A DNA stretch of 62,110 nucleotides, counting the filler, from Basidioascus undulatus (lineage: Eukaryota), in the NCBI GenBank assembly GCA_000826855.1. It is 8 parts of 8 records of this genome, joined end to end, with 100 filler letters (N's around TTAATTAATTAA, not from the genome) between each part and the next. Parts side by side here need not be neighbours in the genome. Positions count along the whole stretch, not along the records: positions 1 to 25,515 come from JTLS01000213.1; 7 more parts are not named here. One strand, given 5' to 3'. Positions 11,701-24,378 of this stretch are shown piece after piece (positions within the stretch are counted from its first letter, which is position 1; each line of letters opens with the position of its first letter). A model generated the notes under the pieces. That model was not told where the DNA came from. It did no database searches and was given only the letters and a program-made list of their open reading frames with translations. A program made the position numbers and the translations under genes.

Positions 11701-14374
11701 CGTCGCCTTTCTCGTTCAGGATTGGCTCAGGGCTAGGAGGACTCGCGCTGGTCAGCGTTACGCATCACCGCGAAAAGCGGGAAGACATACGCGGATGCAG
11801 CGAATGCGCTCTGCTTGGTCTCTTCCGTGATCGCGGCAAACGTGCTCGTGATTACGGCGACCACAAGGTTAAGCAGCCAGCTGGAATATAGCGCTTCGTG
11901 AGCGGCAGTGCACTCGGGCATACAAGAACAGCCCATCACGCACAAGTTGAGAGCGATCAGGGCCACAAGGTAGAACAGCGCCGTCGCGCCGTAGTCGGCG
12001 TCGATCATTTCGTACATGTTGTCTGTTTGATAAGTCTTGAATGAGCATCTGCTTACGGGGATCGTACAGGACGGCGTCGCGCACCGGAGTAGGTGTTCGC
12101 TGTTATCGACCGAATACGCAGCAGCTGTGAGCAATGCATTCCAGCAACGTTTGAAGAGATTGACATACCGGACGCGATAATGACCACCTGCAGGGCGGAG
12201 ACAAAGACATTATCGTAGCTTTGAAAGCCGTCGAGGGGACTAGAGTCATCCTCCTATGAGCCGCCAATTGCAGTCAGCGGCAGCCGGTGGGCAAATGGAA
12301 CCGCTATTGCCGAACGCATGATGCCCACGCACCTGGCAGACCTGTCCTTGGGGACAAATGAAACCTTTGGCAGGTGGTACTGGATCGCCAGACGTGTTGA
12401 GGTACCCAGTCTTGGCGCCCGTGACGAGGTCGTAGTGGCCGCCGCATTTCTGGCCGGTCGAGAAGCTGCCGAAACCGTCGCCGTTCTCGCCTGTTGCCCA
12501 CATGCGTCACATAATGTTCCGAACATCTGTGCTCATTTGACGTACCCATCCATACACACTCGCGGCGAAACGAGCCCTGGAAACTCTGCACTCCAACGAT
12601 GCTGCGTGCAGAAAAGCCGATCAACTTAAACGCAACCGAAATGAGCCAAGCGGCAGAAAATAATACCTGAACAGCAGGATCGCGAACACCGTAAACAACC
12701 CGACCTGCACAAGAAGCGGTCCAGCTCGCTTGAGGGATTTCAAGATGGTCTGCAGCAAGCAGGACGAAACGAATGCATGAGCGTCAGTCGTACAAGAGCA
12801 GTAAAATAAACTACCATACAGTCGTTCCCGTCGTGATCGTAAGCAGCCTGAACGCCCTGAGCATACTGAGCGCGCGAAAGATGTAGAGATGCCGATCAGC
12901 GGTCGCCTCCGTCCCAGTGATGGCGAGGCAGAACGTGACCCAGAAGCAGATGATCGCGAGCGCGTCGACGCGGTTCCAGCTGTGGCGGAGGTACGGCCGC
13001 GACTGCGCCGTGAGCGTCTGCTGCTTGACGATCGTCTCCCGGAAAGGCAGTTCCGCCGCGAGGCTGCGCGTGCGCGTGCGCGACGGCGGCGGCGGCGGCG
13101 GCGTGCCGCCCGACTCGGAGGAAGGCGAGGAGGGTCGCGAGGGGTGCTGATGTGGAAGCGCCAGAGTGGAGGAGACGGTGTTCTTGACGCGCTGAGTCAT
13201 CGCGACCAGCTGTTGAGCGGCGGGACGTTGGGGGGAGCCCGGATCGGGGGTCCGAGAGCGGGAGGGCGCGGGCGGCATTTCGAGAACGCTCGCGCCGGAC
13301 GCTGAATGCTTGCGCGAGAAGGGAGTCTCCGGATCTAGGAGGAGTCCGGACACAACGATGCGAGCGATGGCCTCCAAACTACCGGTGAAGGAGCAGGAGC
13401 AGTCAGAAGACAGTGATGTACAACGCTGCATGAACTAAACGCACGTGAAAACACAGAAGAGGCCGAAGCGGACCCAGTCTTCCCAGCTCGAGAACCCTTG
13501 TTCGCGAGGGTGTGCGTAGACGGAGGGGGAAGATTGAATGGTAAGGACGACGACGTCGGCGACGATGAGCATGAGGATGAGAGGCTCGGTGATGCTGCAA
13601 CCATTGGCTCAGAGTGGGCGGTCGCGAGGAAGATAAATATGTAACTCACGGATTGAGGAGGAAGCTGTTCATTGCTCCTCTGAACTTGTTGTTCGACCCG
13701 AAGACGCCCAGCGTCCTCCCCCTCAGCGCCGTCGCCTTCGCTTCTGGCGGCGGGACGAACGCCGGCACGCCCTCGTCGCTCGTTTTGCTGATCTCCGCGT
13801 CCTCCTCATCTCGTATGCGCACCATCCCTTCCTCCCGGCTTGGCGCTGCGCTGCCCAGGTTGACAACGCGTACCGAGATGCGCTTAATATGGCGCGACAC
13901 GGCGCTGAGCGTGCCCCGCCTGTCCAGCGCGGCCCCGCGGGCTGGCGAGCCGCCCGGCGGCGCGGACGTGATATCGCCTTCCTCCAGGCTGGCGTACGCG
14001 CCAGACCACCGCCTAGGGCGACGCGGGTGCCCCTCGGCGGCGGTCAGATGCACCGTGTCCGCGCCCAGGTCGTGCTCATCGGTGGGCGAATCGAAGGAGG
14101 CCTCGGAGGTGAATGCTGATGGCTGAGAGACGAAATGGGCGTGGGAGGAGAATGCTGGTTCGTATGGTAGAGAGGGTGTTGTAGGGGATATGGAACGAAG
14201 GTCGGGGTCGTAGGGAGCGCTGGTGGACGAGGCAGCGGAGCGCTTGCTCCAGCTCTGGCGACGGGAGAGCGAGGTGTCTGGATGCGGTGAGGACGGGCGT
14301 GAGCCGGCAAACGCGCTCGTCGTCGAGGAAGATCCCGACGCCCTTCTCTCTGGCCGTGATGGCGGCCCCGTCAT
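5703..14374 (-). CDS. CCH1: Fungal voltage-gated-like calcium channel alpha subunit Cch1 (four-domain), many exons
   Basis: S4 segments ([35 protein letters not shown]). Pore loops ASANTYS, LSSENWT, VSLEGWV, STGEGWN. Cch1-typical [30 protein letters not shown], and [16 protein letters not shown]-hand-like C-terminal region. Confidence 0.95.
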
Positions 14375-17311
14375 TACGGTTGGCGAGGATGTGGAACGAG
14401 ATCAAGTGGCATGAGGCACACAAGGGACGGAGGAGCAAGACGCTGCGAGACCTCCTGCGACCGCCACGGTTCGGATTGCTTCCGGTCCGCGGTAATTTCA
14501 AGGTACACCGTGTGTTCTCTGTCAGCAACTGTCAGGCAATGTCAGGCCATGTCAGGTTTCGAATACCGCATCTTGCGACCGTCTTCGTTGCATTGCTGTT
14601 CATTTCAGAGATCAATATGCACTGTTCCAGTAGTGACTAGACCTGGACAGTGGATCTTGGGCTCACGCCCCTGCGCAAAGCGAACAGTGCTGTATCGACA
14701 GGTATTGCTGCCTGTGACTGCAACTGGCAGCGATTCTCATAGTTGAGGCCAAAATCATAAGACATTTCACTTCTACTTCGTCTTCCTTCCAGAAATAGGC
14801 AGAATCTGGATATTGGTATAGTCTTGGTATGTTTGTTAATCAGTGCATCGTTGAAGCGATGTTGTGTCCTTGCAGCTGCCCTTGCGGCGCCAGGCATTGC
14901 ATTTGTCAGTCCTTCAGCGGTTTGGAATCTTTGGCAGGCATTTTCTATCCACTCTGAGCCGGACAAATGTGGAAGGTGACCTCCATCTCGATTCCACACC
15001 CCTTCCACTGCTGCTCGCTGCTCTGATACCTCGCCTCAAGCTTGTCACCCTCGTTCCAGGAGAGCATCCTGAACCTTTGGCCCTTGGACCAGCGACCCGA
15101 AGGCATTATGCAATTAGACATTTTCGTGGATGTGTATACCATCTGGATTTTACACACTGTGGTCTCTTCGTATTAGCATGTCAGCGTGTATCCTCTCAGA
15201 AGCGCGACAATTTAGGAGGCAGGTCTGTCTTGGCATTGACTATACACGAACACTTCGTCCTTGTCTATTAGACCTTGACATACCTCAAGGGGATATTCCC
15301 TGTAGATTTGCGTGTGGGGTGGGTTTGGGTTGGCATCCGCGGGTCTGTTTCTCACGCCATGCTGCGATATGAGCATGGACTGCGTCTAGCTTCTGGCAAG
15401 TAATGGTCTGAAGACGATCTGCCCCTAATTTGAGACCATATAGACTACGCATTCTACATTACAGCAGTTTGAAATGCCCACCCATGATGGATCCGTGGAT
15501 ACGCTTATGCCGCAGCCTTCGAGTCTTTTCGAACTTTGCAATCTCTGTCCGACCTCTTGGTAGCAGTGGATTCGGAGATATTTCCTTTACACGAATTTAA
15601 TCATCCGGGCACTTCCGTATATCTCTGGAAGCTACACCGAAGCAGATTGGGTCAGTCCATGTTCCACGCTGTCGAAAAAGGCTGCATGCAGTGCCGTCTC
15701 TCTTCGGACTGCAGTCAGGACCCGACACTGTCGGGTACTTGGCTTGAGCACTCCCACCGATATCCTCCGAAGGGGGTTTCGCAGACATGTGGTTTGCAGG
15801 AGGTTTGCTCTTTGATGCGGAAACCACAACGTGCAATGGGCTGGGCAAAGATGCCTACCATTGATCGAGTACCTTGGCGTTATAAGTCCGTCCTCATTCC
15901 CATTTGCCAAGATTCGAGCTGTATATAGGGAGAGTAAACACCCCGAGAAGAACGCATATGGGCACGGATACAGTCTTAAAATCGCTTCGCCTAGACTTCA
16001 ACCAAAAGGACAGTGCGCAAGACAGGGTCGTTATTGCAAGTCCGCGTCACTTCCGCGTCACTTCTTCAACACCACTGCCCCCACCATGGCCGGCAGCCCA
16101 TATGTAACCTGTCATGGGCCAGCGGCGCCAGTGCTCATATGGTTGTCCCACTGGAAGGGTAGCCAAGCCACTGCTAATAGGTCGGACTGCCAAGGCCTCC
16201 GGTGCGAGGTCCAGATACGCAGTCGGCGCACGGTACGTGGAAGTCCCAATTCCCGTCGTCCTCGCGCTCATCTCGCTCATCGTAGTGCCAGCAGCATTTT
16301 TAGCGTTGACGTTGTTCGTCTTTTCCCATTGGTGTGCGCCACATCGCGCCAAAAGCCAAAAAGATAGATCGCATCTTCGGTGTTCCTGGTCTTCCACGAA
16401 AGACTTTCCGCATCTCTCAGTGAGTGCAGAAATTTGTCAAGAGCACGTTCACGTTGAAAGTTGAACTCGTTCTGAAGCACTTATGCTGTGCATCGCTGCT
16501 ATCCGGGCGTGGTACAATGCCATCCGTCTATTTGCGCCTGCAAAGCATTCAACATTCAGCCCGTCTAGTTGTACACGCATGCCAAGATCCAAGAGTGCCT
16601 TCGAGTGCCGTTCGGTTGCGCAGATTGTCGTGCAGAACTCGCGGGGCATTCGGGAAGCACTCAGAGAGAGTGTTAGGCTCGAACCGACTTTTGGGTGCTG
16701 CTTACCGTGCCTAGCTAGACCAGAGTGCCGGGTTGGCGATATGCAACGCGAATGGGCCTTCCCGTCTCGTCCTCGCTCAGCTTCGTACTCGGGAACGTGC
16801 GCATCCAAGCTCCCCCAAATCGTCAATGTGGATATTTTGAAACACCCTTGCATTGCCAGGTTCGCACAGACTGCCAGGACCTGCAGCCTGCTGCAGCTGT
16901 TGTCGACTTGCGTCCTGCTCTGCGTGCAGTGCTGCTGGAGCAAGGCGATTGTAAGTCAGGTACCGACGTCCCGAACATCGGATGTCAACTACTTGTGGCT
17001 GTCGTCCTATCTCCCCCACCAAAAAGACAAGGATGTGCGTTGAAAATGTACCCCTGTAAATGCCACTTGGGGCACGCTCTCGGACTGGACTTGCACGTGC
17101 GCTGTCTCAGCGAGCTGGTTGGCGTCTTTCCCTCATCTTGCAACGCGTGGTCCTCTTGAGGCCCTTTCATTTGTTTGATGAACGCTGAGAGCTCGTTATG
17201 GTGCGCAAATAGCTATGTGGACTAATCTGTAGCATGATCGCGGCGTCTTGGAGTCTGCGGGTACAGCTCTCCTTCCGAACGGTAACGGCACTGTTGGACC
17301 CGGCGAGCACC

Positions 17312-19075
17312 ATGCGTCTCCATTTTCTGAATGCCATCAGCAGTGCGGCTTCCTCCTCTTCCTCCTCCTCCGCCGCCGAGCCCCCTGCCGCCGTTGCCCA
17401 TGATCTCGTCCCACCTCCTCAATCTGATCCCGCTCCGCCGCAACAGCCGACACCGCCCTACGTGCCTCCACTCATCGACCTCCAAGGCGCTGTACCAGCG
17501 GCGCCCTTAAACACTCTCACCAATACCTCGTCCTCGATCGCATCCCCTTCCGCGCTCTTCGGGTCGTCCCCCGCACCCAGGGACGCGATGTTCTCCAACA
17601 ACGCCCTCATCACTCACGGTCCAACAATCGCTTTCGATGGTGCGCATTCCAGGTCTCTATCTGATATAATGTGGGAGCCTCACCTCGCGGAGCTTATCAG
17701 GCGGCACTCAGACCGGACTCATCGCGCAGATTGCGGCCGTGCGCAACTTCGGCCTCGACGCGCCCCGCGTGGTCGACGCTATTGAGCGTTACATCGTCGT
17801 CAAGCTGAAAAAGGGGCGCAGCACGGAGGAGATTCACAGAAAGCTCGTAGCTGTCGAAGAGAATGTGAGTTCTTGTTTAAATGGGCATCGCATTGGATGA
17901 AAAGTGGAAGCAATATCTGACATGATGCCGGTCGATCCTCTTGCCTCCAGTTCCTCCATCTTCCCGTAAACCCGCTGTTCGCTGCCGCTCGCGCCAAAAC
18001 GGGCCTTCCCCTCTCACCCTATACGCCGGAGGATGCTCCAAGCGTCTGTTCCGCGTCTTCCACCCGGTCTTCCGCGCGGTCGTCAACTCGTTCGTCGTCC
18101 ACGCGGACCTTACCACCGTCGCTCTCCTCCTGCGGCCATTCCGTGCCAGACTCTGCGCCCTTGACGCCGAACAGCTACGCGCCGAACACTTACAGCGTTG
18201 CTGAGAGGTTCGAAGGCGCTGGGCAATATCCCGAAGACGAGCGCAAAAAGGTGGAGGAAGAGATTGCCAGGCTGGTACGTGCCAGTCAATTCCTTAGTTT
18301 GCGCTCTCCAAAGGTTTTGCTGAAAAAGGAGGTACCGAAACAGCAAGCTCTGCTTGTGACCATGTCGACCAGCTCTCCACCACCCGACCTTTCCCGGTCA
18401 CCTCCTACATCGCCCACACGTCTTTCCCCTTCACCGCCCCCGCTTTCCCGCCCCTTACGCGCCTCGCGCCTTTCCTTCGGCTCCACTACGGTCCTCTCTC
18501 CGTTGCACGTCTCCGCCTTCTCTCCTTCCGCCGGCACATCACCCCCTCCACCTCCACGGTCACCCCCGCCGCTGCCCCCTGGGTTCCCTCCCTTCCCTCC
18601 CGCCGTCCTCAGCCCCCACCCAGCATACCCCTCTTCCTTTTCTTCCCCCAACCTTCATATGTCTCACCGACCACCCGGGCTTTCCAGGTCCCCGCCTGCC
18701 CCTACTCGCTCGCCTCCTCCCCCTCCCGCCCGCTCGCCAGCGCCCCACCGCGCAGCGCGCGCCGCATCCCTTCCGCCCACGCATCCTATGGTGCAGGCGC
18801 AGGCCCAGCAGCTGTCGCAGCCGAAACCTCGACCGCCCCGCGCAGCGAGCGTTTCGTACAGCCACCATCGCCGGCTGACGCGCGACTGGAGCCTCGCGAT
18901 CGAGGCTGCGGCTAGTGCCTCCGAGGATTTCCGGGAGTTGTTGACTGAGTGGGAGCACGAAGGAGTTCCGGGGCAAGAAGAGGACGGAGAAAAGGACTCG
19001 GGCGAGAGGTCGAAGGATCGCGAGCGGGAGCTGCCGGAGAGAGGGGACTCCCCGTTAGATGCCGCGCTTTCATAG
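17312..19075 (+). CDS. Hypothetical Pro/Ser-rich protein, multi-exon
   Basis: ATG at 17312, GC-rich coding-like exons joined by GT-AG introns (about 17640-17700, 17865-17950), long final ORF ending at TAG 19075. No recognisable domain. Confidence 0.6.
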
Positions 19076-19535
19076 ACCCTTTCGACCTTGCCATTGCATC
19101 CCGAGACAGTCGACGGCACCCGGTAACGACTCGGTGAGGAATAAGCAGAAGTGTCGCAACAGTGTCCGTTGTCAGCGTTGTAAGCCGCGGCTGCACATCC
19201 GAAGACAACGAATAGGCGTAACCTCCGCCTTGCACACTCGCGTTCATTCTTCCACTCTTTTATAGTTTGATGCAGCATGTGATATAGCGAGCAGAAAATG
19301 CGTGCCCGATGAGGTGATAGGTTGGTACAGGTATGACAGAGGGCAAATGAGCGAGAGAGTGCGGACACAGGAATCATGGCAAACGAAGGAAAGACGCAAC
19401 GCGGGCGGCTACGAGTGTCCTGGCGTAAAAAAAGCCAAAGTGGCCGCGCCCAAACAAAATTCAAGTAGACGATGAGAAAGAGAGAGCGAGAGGAAGAGCG
19501 TCACGGGAGGAAGACGAGAAACGAGCGCAGCGCCT

Positions 19536-22500
19536 CTAGTGCGAGGTGAGGCTCCAAGAGTCGATCAGCACGCTCGGCGGGTTGACATACTCCTTCGCAT
19601 CAACGCCGTCCCATTGCGGAGTGAAGAGGACCTGGAGGTTGTAGCTGGAACGCAAAGTGGTACGTCAGACATCGGAGGCAAGCACAGGAAGCAAGGTTAT
19701 CGTGCACTCACATCCCGGGACGCAGATCGATGGCGAGGACGTGCGTGTCCCCGTTGACGCCATCGTTCTTCATGTCGGCGTCCTTGCCCTCCCCGTTGTT
19801 GGGGAGCGGCGGGTCCGTCTCGAAACGAATGGGATCGAGCTCGCTGAACGAAAGGTTGGCATCCGTGGGAGAGATAATCTCGACCTTGAAGAGGTCCGCA
19901 TCGTCAGCACAATGTTATGTCAGAACTCGGGGTAATATTCCACCTTCATCTTCTTGCCGGACATCGGGAACTGCAAAGATCGCCGAATGTCAGCGGCCAG
20001 AGTCCGGAGAATCCCTGCCTATCCGGATATCCTCACCTCGAGGTTGGCTGCGAAAGATATGCGCAGTAAGCAAACTGAACGAACGGCTCGAGATGCAGTG
20101 CTGCTTACCCGTCGAGCCATCAAGGGTGATGGTCGCGTTGGTGTGCATCCTCCACTGCGCATCAGCCGTGTTCGTGATCTCGTCCTGTACAGCAGCATCC
20201 GAAGATCAGCATTGCGCGCGCGCAAACCGCCCAGCTGCCGTAAGCGCACCTGGAGGAGGATCTGGCGGCGCTTGTTGGTGAGACGAATGCCGCGCTTGTA
20301 TTGGCTGGAAACAGCGTCCGTTTCAGTATGCAAGGCTACTTCGCAGAAACTCAAGGAACACGTCGACTCACGTGCCCCCGTAGGCGCTAGAGAGGTCGGT
20401 GTGGAAGTACGCCGCGGTGGTGTCGGGGAGCTTGATCTCGGTCGTGGGACCCTGGATGTCGCGGGTCGAGTCGAACGCGGTCGGTGGCTCGGTCGTGAGC
20501 TCCTGGTTCTGGCGGTTGACGAGGATGACGTTCTGGCCCTCGCTGCGCTTGCGGTACCACAGCCAGCGGTTTGAGTCAGCGGTCTCGTTGTTGAAGTACG
20601 CCGTGCCTGGAAATGAAGGGCGTTAGCATTGTACCGACTTTGAACGAGCTTCAGAGAAACGCACCAAGGTAGTTCGCGCTACCGAGCTCGCCCGCCCAGC
20701 GCTCGCCGAGAGCGTCGATGACAAAGTCGCCAGCGTCAATGTCGCCCTGCGTCCCCGTCTCAATTCGTTAGTAATTTTGGCTGGTAGAAGATGCATCACA
20801 GCGGACGCACATGCGTTTGGTGACCTGTTGCACAGCGCTCACGTCAGCCGAGCCAGGGTTAACGGCTGGAGATGCGGGCGCACCAGTCATGTTGCCCGCC
20901 TTCATCGCGACGTAGAGCCCGTCGGGGTCGGTCCAGCTAGAGCGCATGGACGCCCAGGCATTGCGCGGGTCGTCGAAGTGGCGGTCGAGCGGGAGGTCGT
21001 TCCACCACGCACCGGCGAGGTTGACGTCGTACCAGAGCATCGAGAACGGCTCGGGCGCGTCGAGGCGGTCGCGCTGATAGAGGCCGTAGCGGGGCTGGTT
21101 GTACTGCGAGCCGTAGAACATGAGGTTGTTCGCGGTGGCGGTGAACTTGTTCGGGCCGTGGTCGCCGTAGTTGAACTTGGACGTCTGGCCGAAGACGTAG
21201 ATGTGCCACAGCGACGTCAAGTTGAAGTCGGGGTTGTCAGTGATCAGGCCTTGGTCCGAGCCAGTCGCGGTAATGAGAGTCGAGGCGGCCATGGCGTGGC
21301 CGGTCGTGCCTGAAAAGCGGAGGCGTCAAGCTTGCACCCCCATCCCATCCACAGCAAGACAACGCGTAGACTTACCAAAGTACCAGTAGTCGCTCGTCTC
21401 ACTCCAGGTGCCGTCGGTGTGTCTAAAAGAGCAGAAATGAGGATGATGGCGAGTTTGCAAAAGATGAGAATTGGACGCACACAGCCTGGAGGCAGTTCTC
21501 CTTGGCGGATGCGAGAGCAGTGTTGAGCACCTCTTCGACTGCAGAAGACGGAGCCCAACGTCAGCTGTTCCCTTCACACGAGTGAGCTTCAGCCAAAAGA
21601 CGGCGCACCCATGCCGTCATCCTCGGATTCGCCCATGATCGCGATGGCCCCGTTGATCATGCCGCCGTTGGAGACGCAGTTCCAGTTGCCCTGCGCCGAG
21701 CGCCACCAGAGGTTCGCGTCGCGACCGCGGGAGAGGCCGAGGTTCATGATCGACCACCGAATATCGGTGAGCTGCTGGGGGGTCCAGACGTCGTGCAGCC
21801 AGTCGTACGCGATGGCGAACGCGTTGGTGAACTCGGCGAGGTCGAGGAAGTGGATGCTGTTCCAAATGTCGTCGCCGCTCTTCTCGTTGCCGTACTTGTG
21901 ATTCGAGTCGTTGCCGGCGGCGACCTGAGAGCGGGCAGCGAGCACATCAGCACAGAGCCAGAGACGATTTCGAACAAAAGGACGAACCCGCAGATCGTTC
22001 CAGACGGCGTCCGACCACTTCGTGTCCTTGGTCATCAGGTACGCGTACGAGAAGTGCTTGATGCGGTCCTGAATCTCGCGCGCCTGATCGAGCACGCCCG
22101 AGCCGTCCAAGCCGCCATCGGGGATGTAGTTGGGCGGGGGGCGGTCGAAGTACGCCGAGGCGTTCGCGAGGATGGTGTCGTGCCACGACTTGAGGTACGG
22201 GTCGAACTTGATGAGGTCGGGCAGGCAGTCCCAGCGCGCCTTGGGCGCGACGAGACGCGGACGGTCGGTGCGGAGCTGGATGCCAGAGCCGCCACTGGGA
22301 GAGAACGAGCCATCTTGGCAGGAAGGCGCCTTGCTGTCCGCCGTGGCGAGGGCGGTAGGCGGGCCGAAAGCAGCGGCGTTGGACTGTTGATGAGAGTATC
22401 GTCAGACATCAAGATCGCAGTGCGGAAAGAATGCTCTGAGAGAACGCACGGTGGATGTAGGATAAAGGGGAATGCCGTAGTTGTTGTGGGAGCTGATGAA

Positions 22501-23198
22501 ACGGCCGACCGACTCCTTCCCGCTTGCAGCGTCGGACGCCGACGGTGGATCGGCGGTCGTGCCGGAACTGGAGCTCGAGCTGCTGCTATCGTCGTCCGAG
22601 TTTCGAGAACCGACAACGCCGCCGACGACAGCGGCGATGATGACCGCGACGAGGACCGGGACGCCGATCTGTCGAGAGCGCATTGGCAAAAGAGTGTGAG
22701 TGAATTAGGACGTAGTTTTGGGTAAAATGAAGCTGGCGTGAAAGGGGACAAAGTGTGCAGGAAGAAAGAGAGTCGGAATGGCAAAGTACAGGCCGGAGGA
22801 GGGCCCAGCGTTGACTGTGCGAGCGATGACCTCCTGTAGGAGTCCCAAGAGGAGATCGAGGGGACCCTCCACACCGCAGCCAAGCACCCTAGTCTTTCAC
22901 GTATCACCAGCAGGAGCCCCCCAGAAGACCCAAGAGTCCTCGTAGTCGCCGGGGGGGGAACACGCAGAAAAGTCGGAGACCAAGCGCTCACCTTCACCCA
23001 CTTGGACGAGTACCACGGCTTCTTGGGGGTCGCGTTGAAGTGCCCTCCGCTACTTGCATTAGCGTATTTGAAGCCTTCCCCAGAACCGTACGGACTGGTG
23101 GGGCCGGGACGCTGGTCCATTTCGTACCCGTCGTGACCTCCGGGACCGTCATCGTAGTACGGCGTCTGCGCGGCCTGCGGCTGGTAGTTGTACGACAT
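19536..23198 (-). CDS. Type II membrane heparinase II/III-like polysaccharide lyase, multi-exon
   Basis: Cytosolic N-terminus, then TM IGVPVLVAVIIAAVVGGVVG and a Ser-rich stalk. Motifs HFLDLAEFTNAFAIAYDWL, GNWNCVSNGGM, WSETSDYWYFG, NYGDHGPNK, HQTHGDIDAGDFVIDALGERWA, WYRKRSEGQNVI are typical of basidiomycete heparinase II/III-like proteins. Confidence 0.85.
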
Positions 23199-24378
23199 CG
23201 TGGATGCCGATGGCGGGAGCGGGGGACGAGGGGAAAGAGCGTCGGGGTCGTCGGGCGACCTAAAGATCGGTGGCGGGGAAGAGCGCGGCGGAGAGGACAA
23301 TAAAGAGAAGACAGAGACAGAGAGAATACGGGGGGCCCTCGGGGCGGGCTGGATTTGTTGGGCGTTGAGGACGAGGCAAAGGAAGAGAGGGGCGTCTGGC
23401 CGAAGGGTAAGAGCCCGCCCGCTTGCCAGGCGCGCGCGTGGCTCTCTCTTCTGTCCTTGGGCTCGTCCATCGCCTTGGAGCCCCGCATTCACTCAGCTGC
23501 CGCATGTCACTTGCCTGATATAGCCCCTCGACAGTATTTTATGCTCTGCTTGCACTGCAATGCGCATCCCACTCGTTCACACTCTGAGGATCTGGCGGAG
23601 GGCGGGCGGGACGACGGCGAGGACGCTGACGCTACTGCAACTTGCCACAGCGCCGCAGCGGTATTTTCAGCCCATCTCGAGCCCAATTCGAACTTGATTC
23701 GAACGACCCTGGGCATGAAACTCCGCAGTCGCACAACATCGCAACGATGTCTGATTGGCGTTCTGGACATTTTTCATCACAGCTCTTTTTCACAAACAAG
23801 TCCGCCGGAGTCCGCCCCTGCTACACAGCTATTTTCCGGGACGACTAGCGTCCGCCAAAGCTGCACTGGAAGTTTTGAGGACGTTCTGTGGCCGGCTGTG
23901 CCAAACGTCCGCAACGACAGGCGGGCGCAATCCACAACTTTCAGTCTGTGCCGCGCCTCGAGGCCACACGATCTTCACGTCCGTGAATTGCGCCTTGTCT
24001 TGTCAATGCTCTTCGCAAACAGCGAGCTCAAGGTGAGGATTTGAAGATTTGGGTGCCCTACGGACTTCAGCCTGCATGAAGCCGGCTCTCACCCCTCACT
24101 CACGCCAACCAAGACGTAACCGCTTCGCGCTCACGCAACACACAAAGTCGTACTACTCAGTGGGCTGATGATGCTCATACTACTAGTCAAGGTCTGCGAT
24201 CAACAAAAATCTCAAATACGGAATACGAAGGATGTGGAAGCGAACTCGGATATCGGGTGGGTTGTGTGCGCGCGTCAAGATGATGATGGAGATGGGAGCG
24301 AAGGAGGGACGGAAGGCAGGAGCGGAAAGGGAAGGAAAGACAGTCTGGCGCAGCCATGAACAAAAACACCGTGATCGA

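Noticed and set aside
14930..15450. Copia-type reverse transcriptase remnant (SLYGLK at about 15429-15447; HLSGSEWIENACQRF)
   Set aside because: Only short motif resemblance. No YVDD, no correctly spaced KARLV motif and no LTRs seen, so it cannot be supported without an HMM search.
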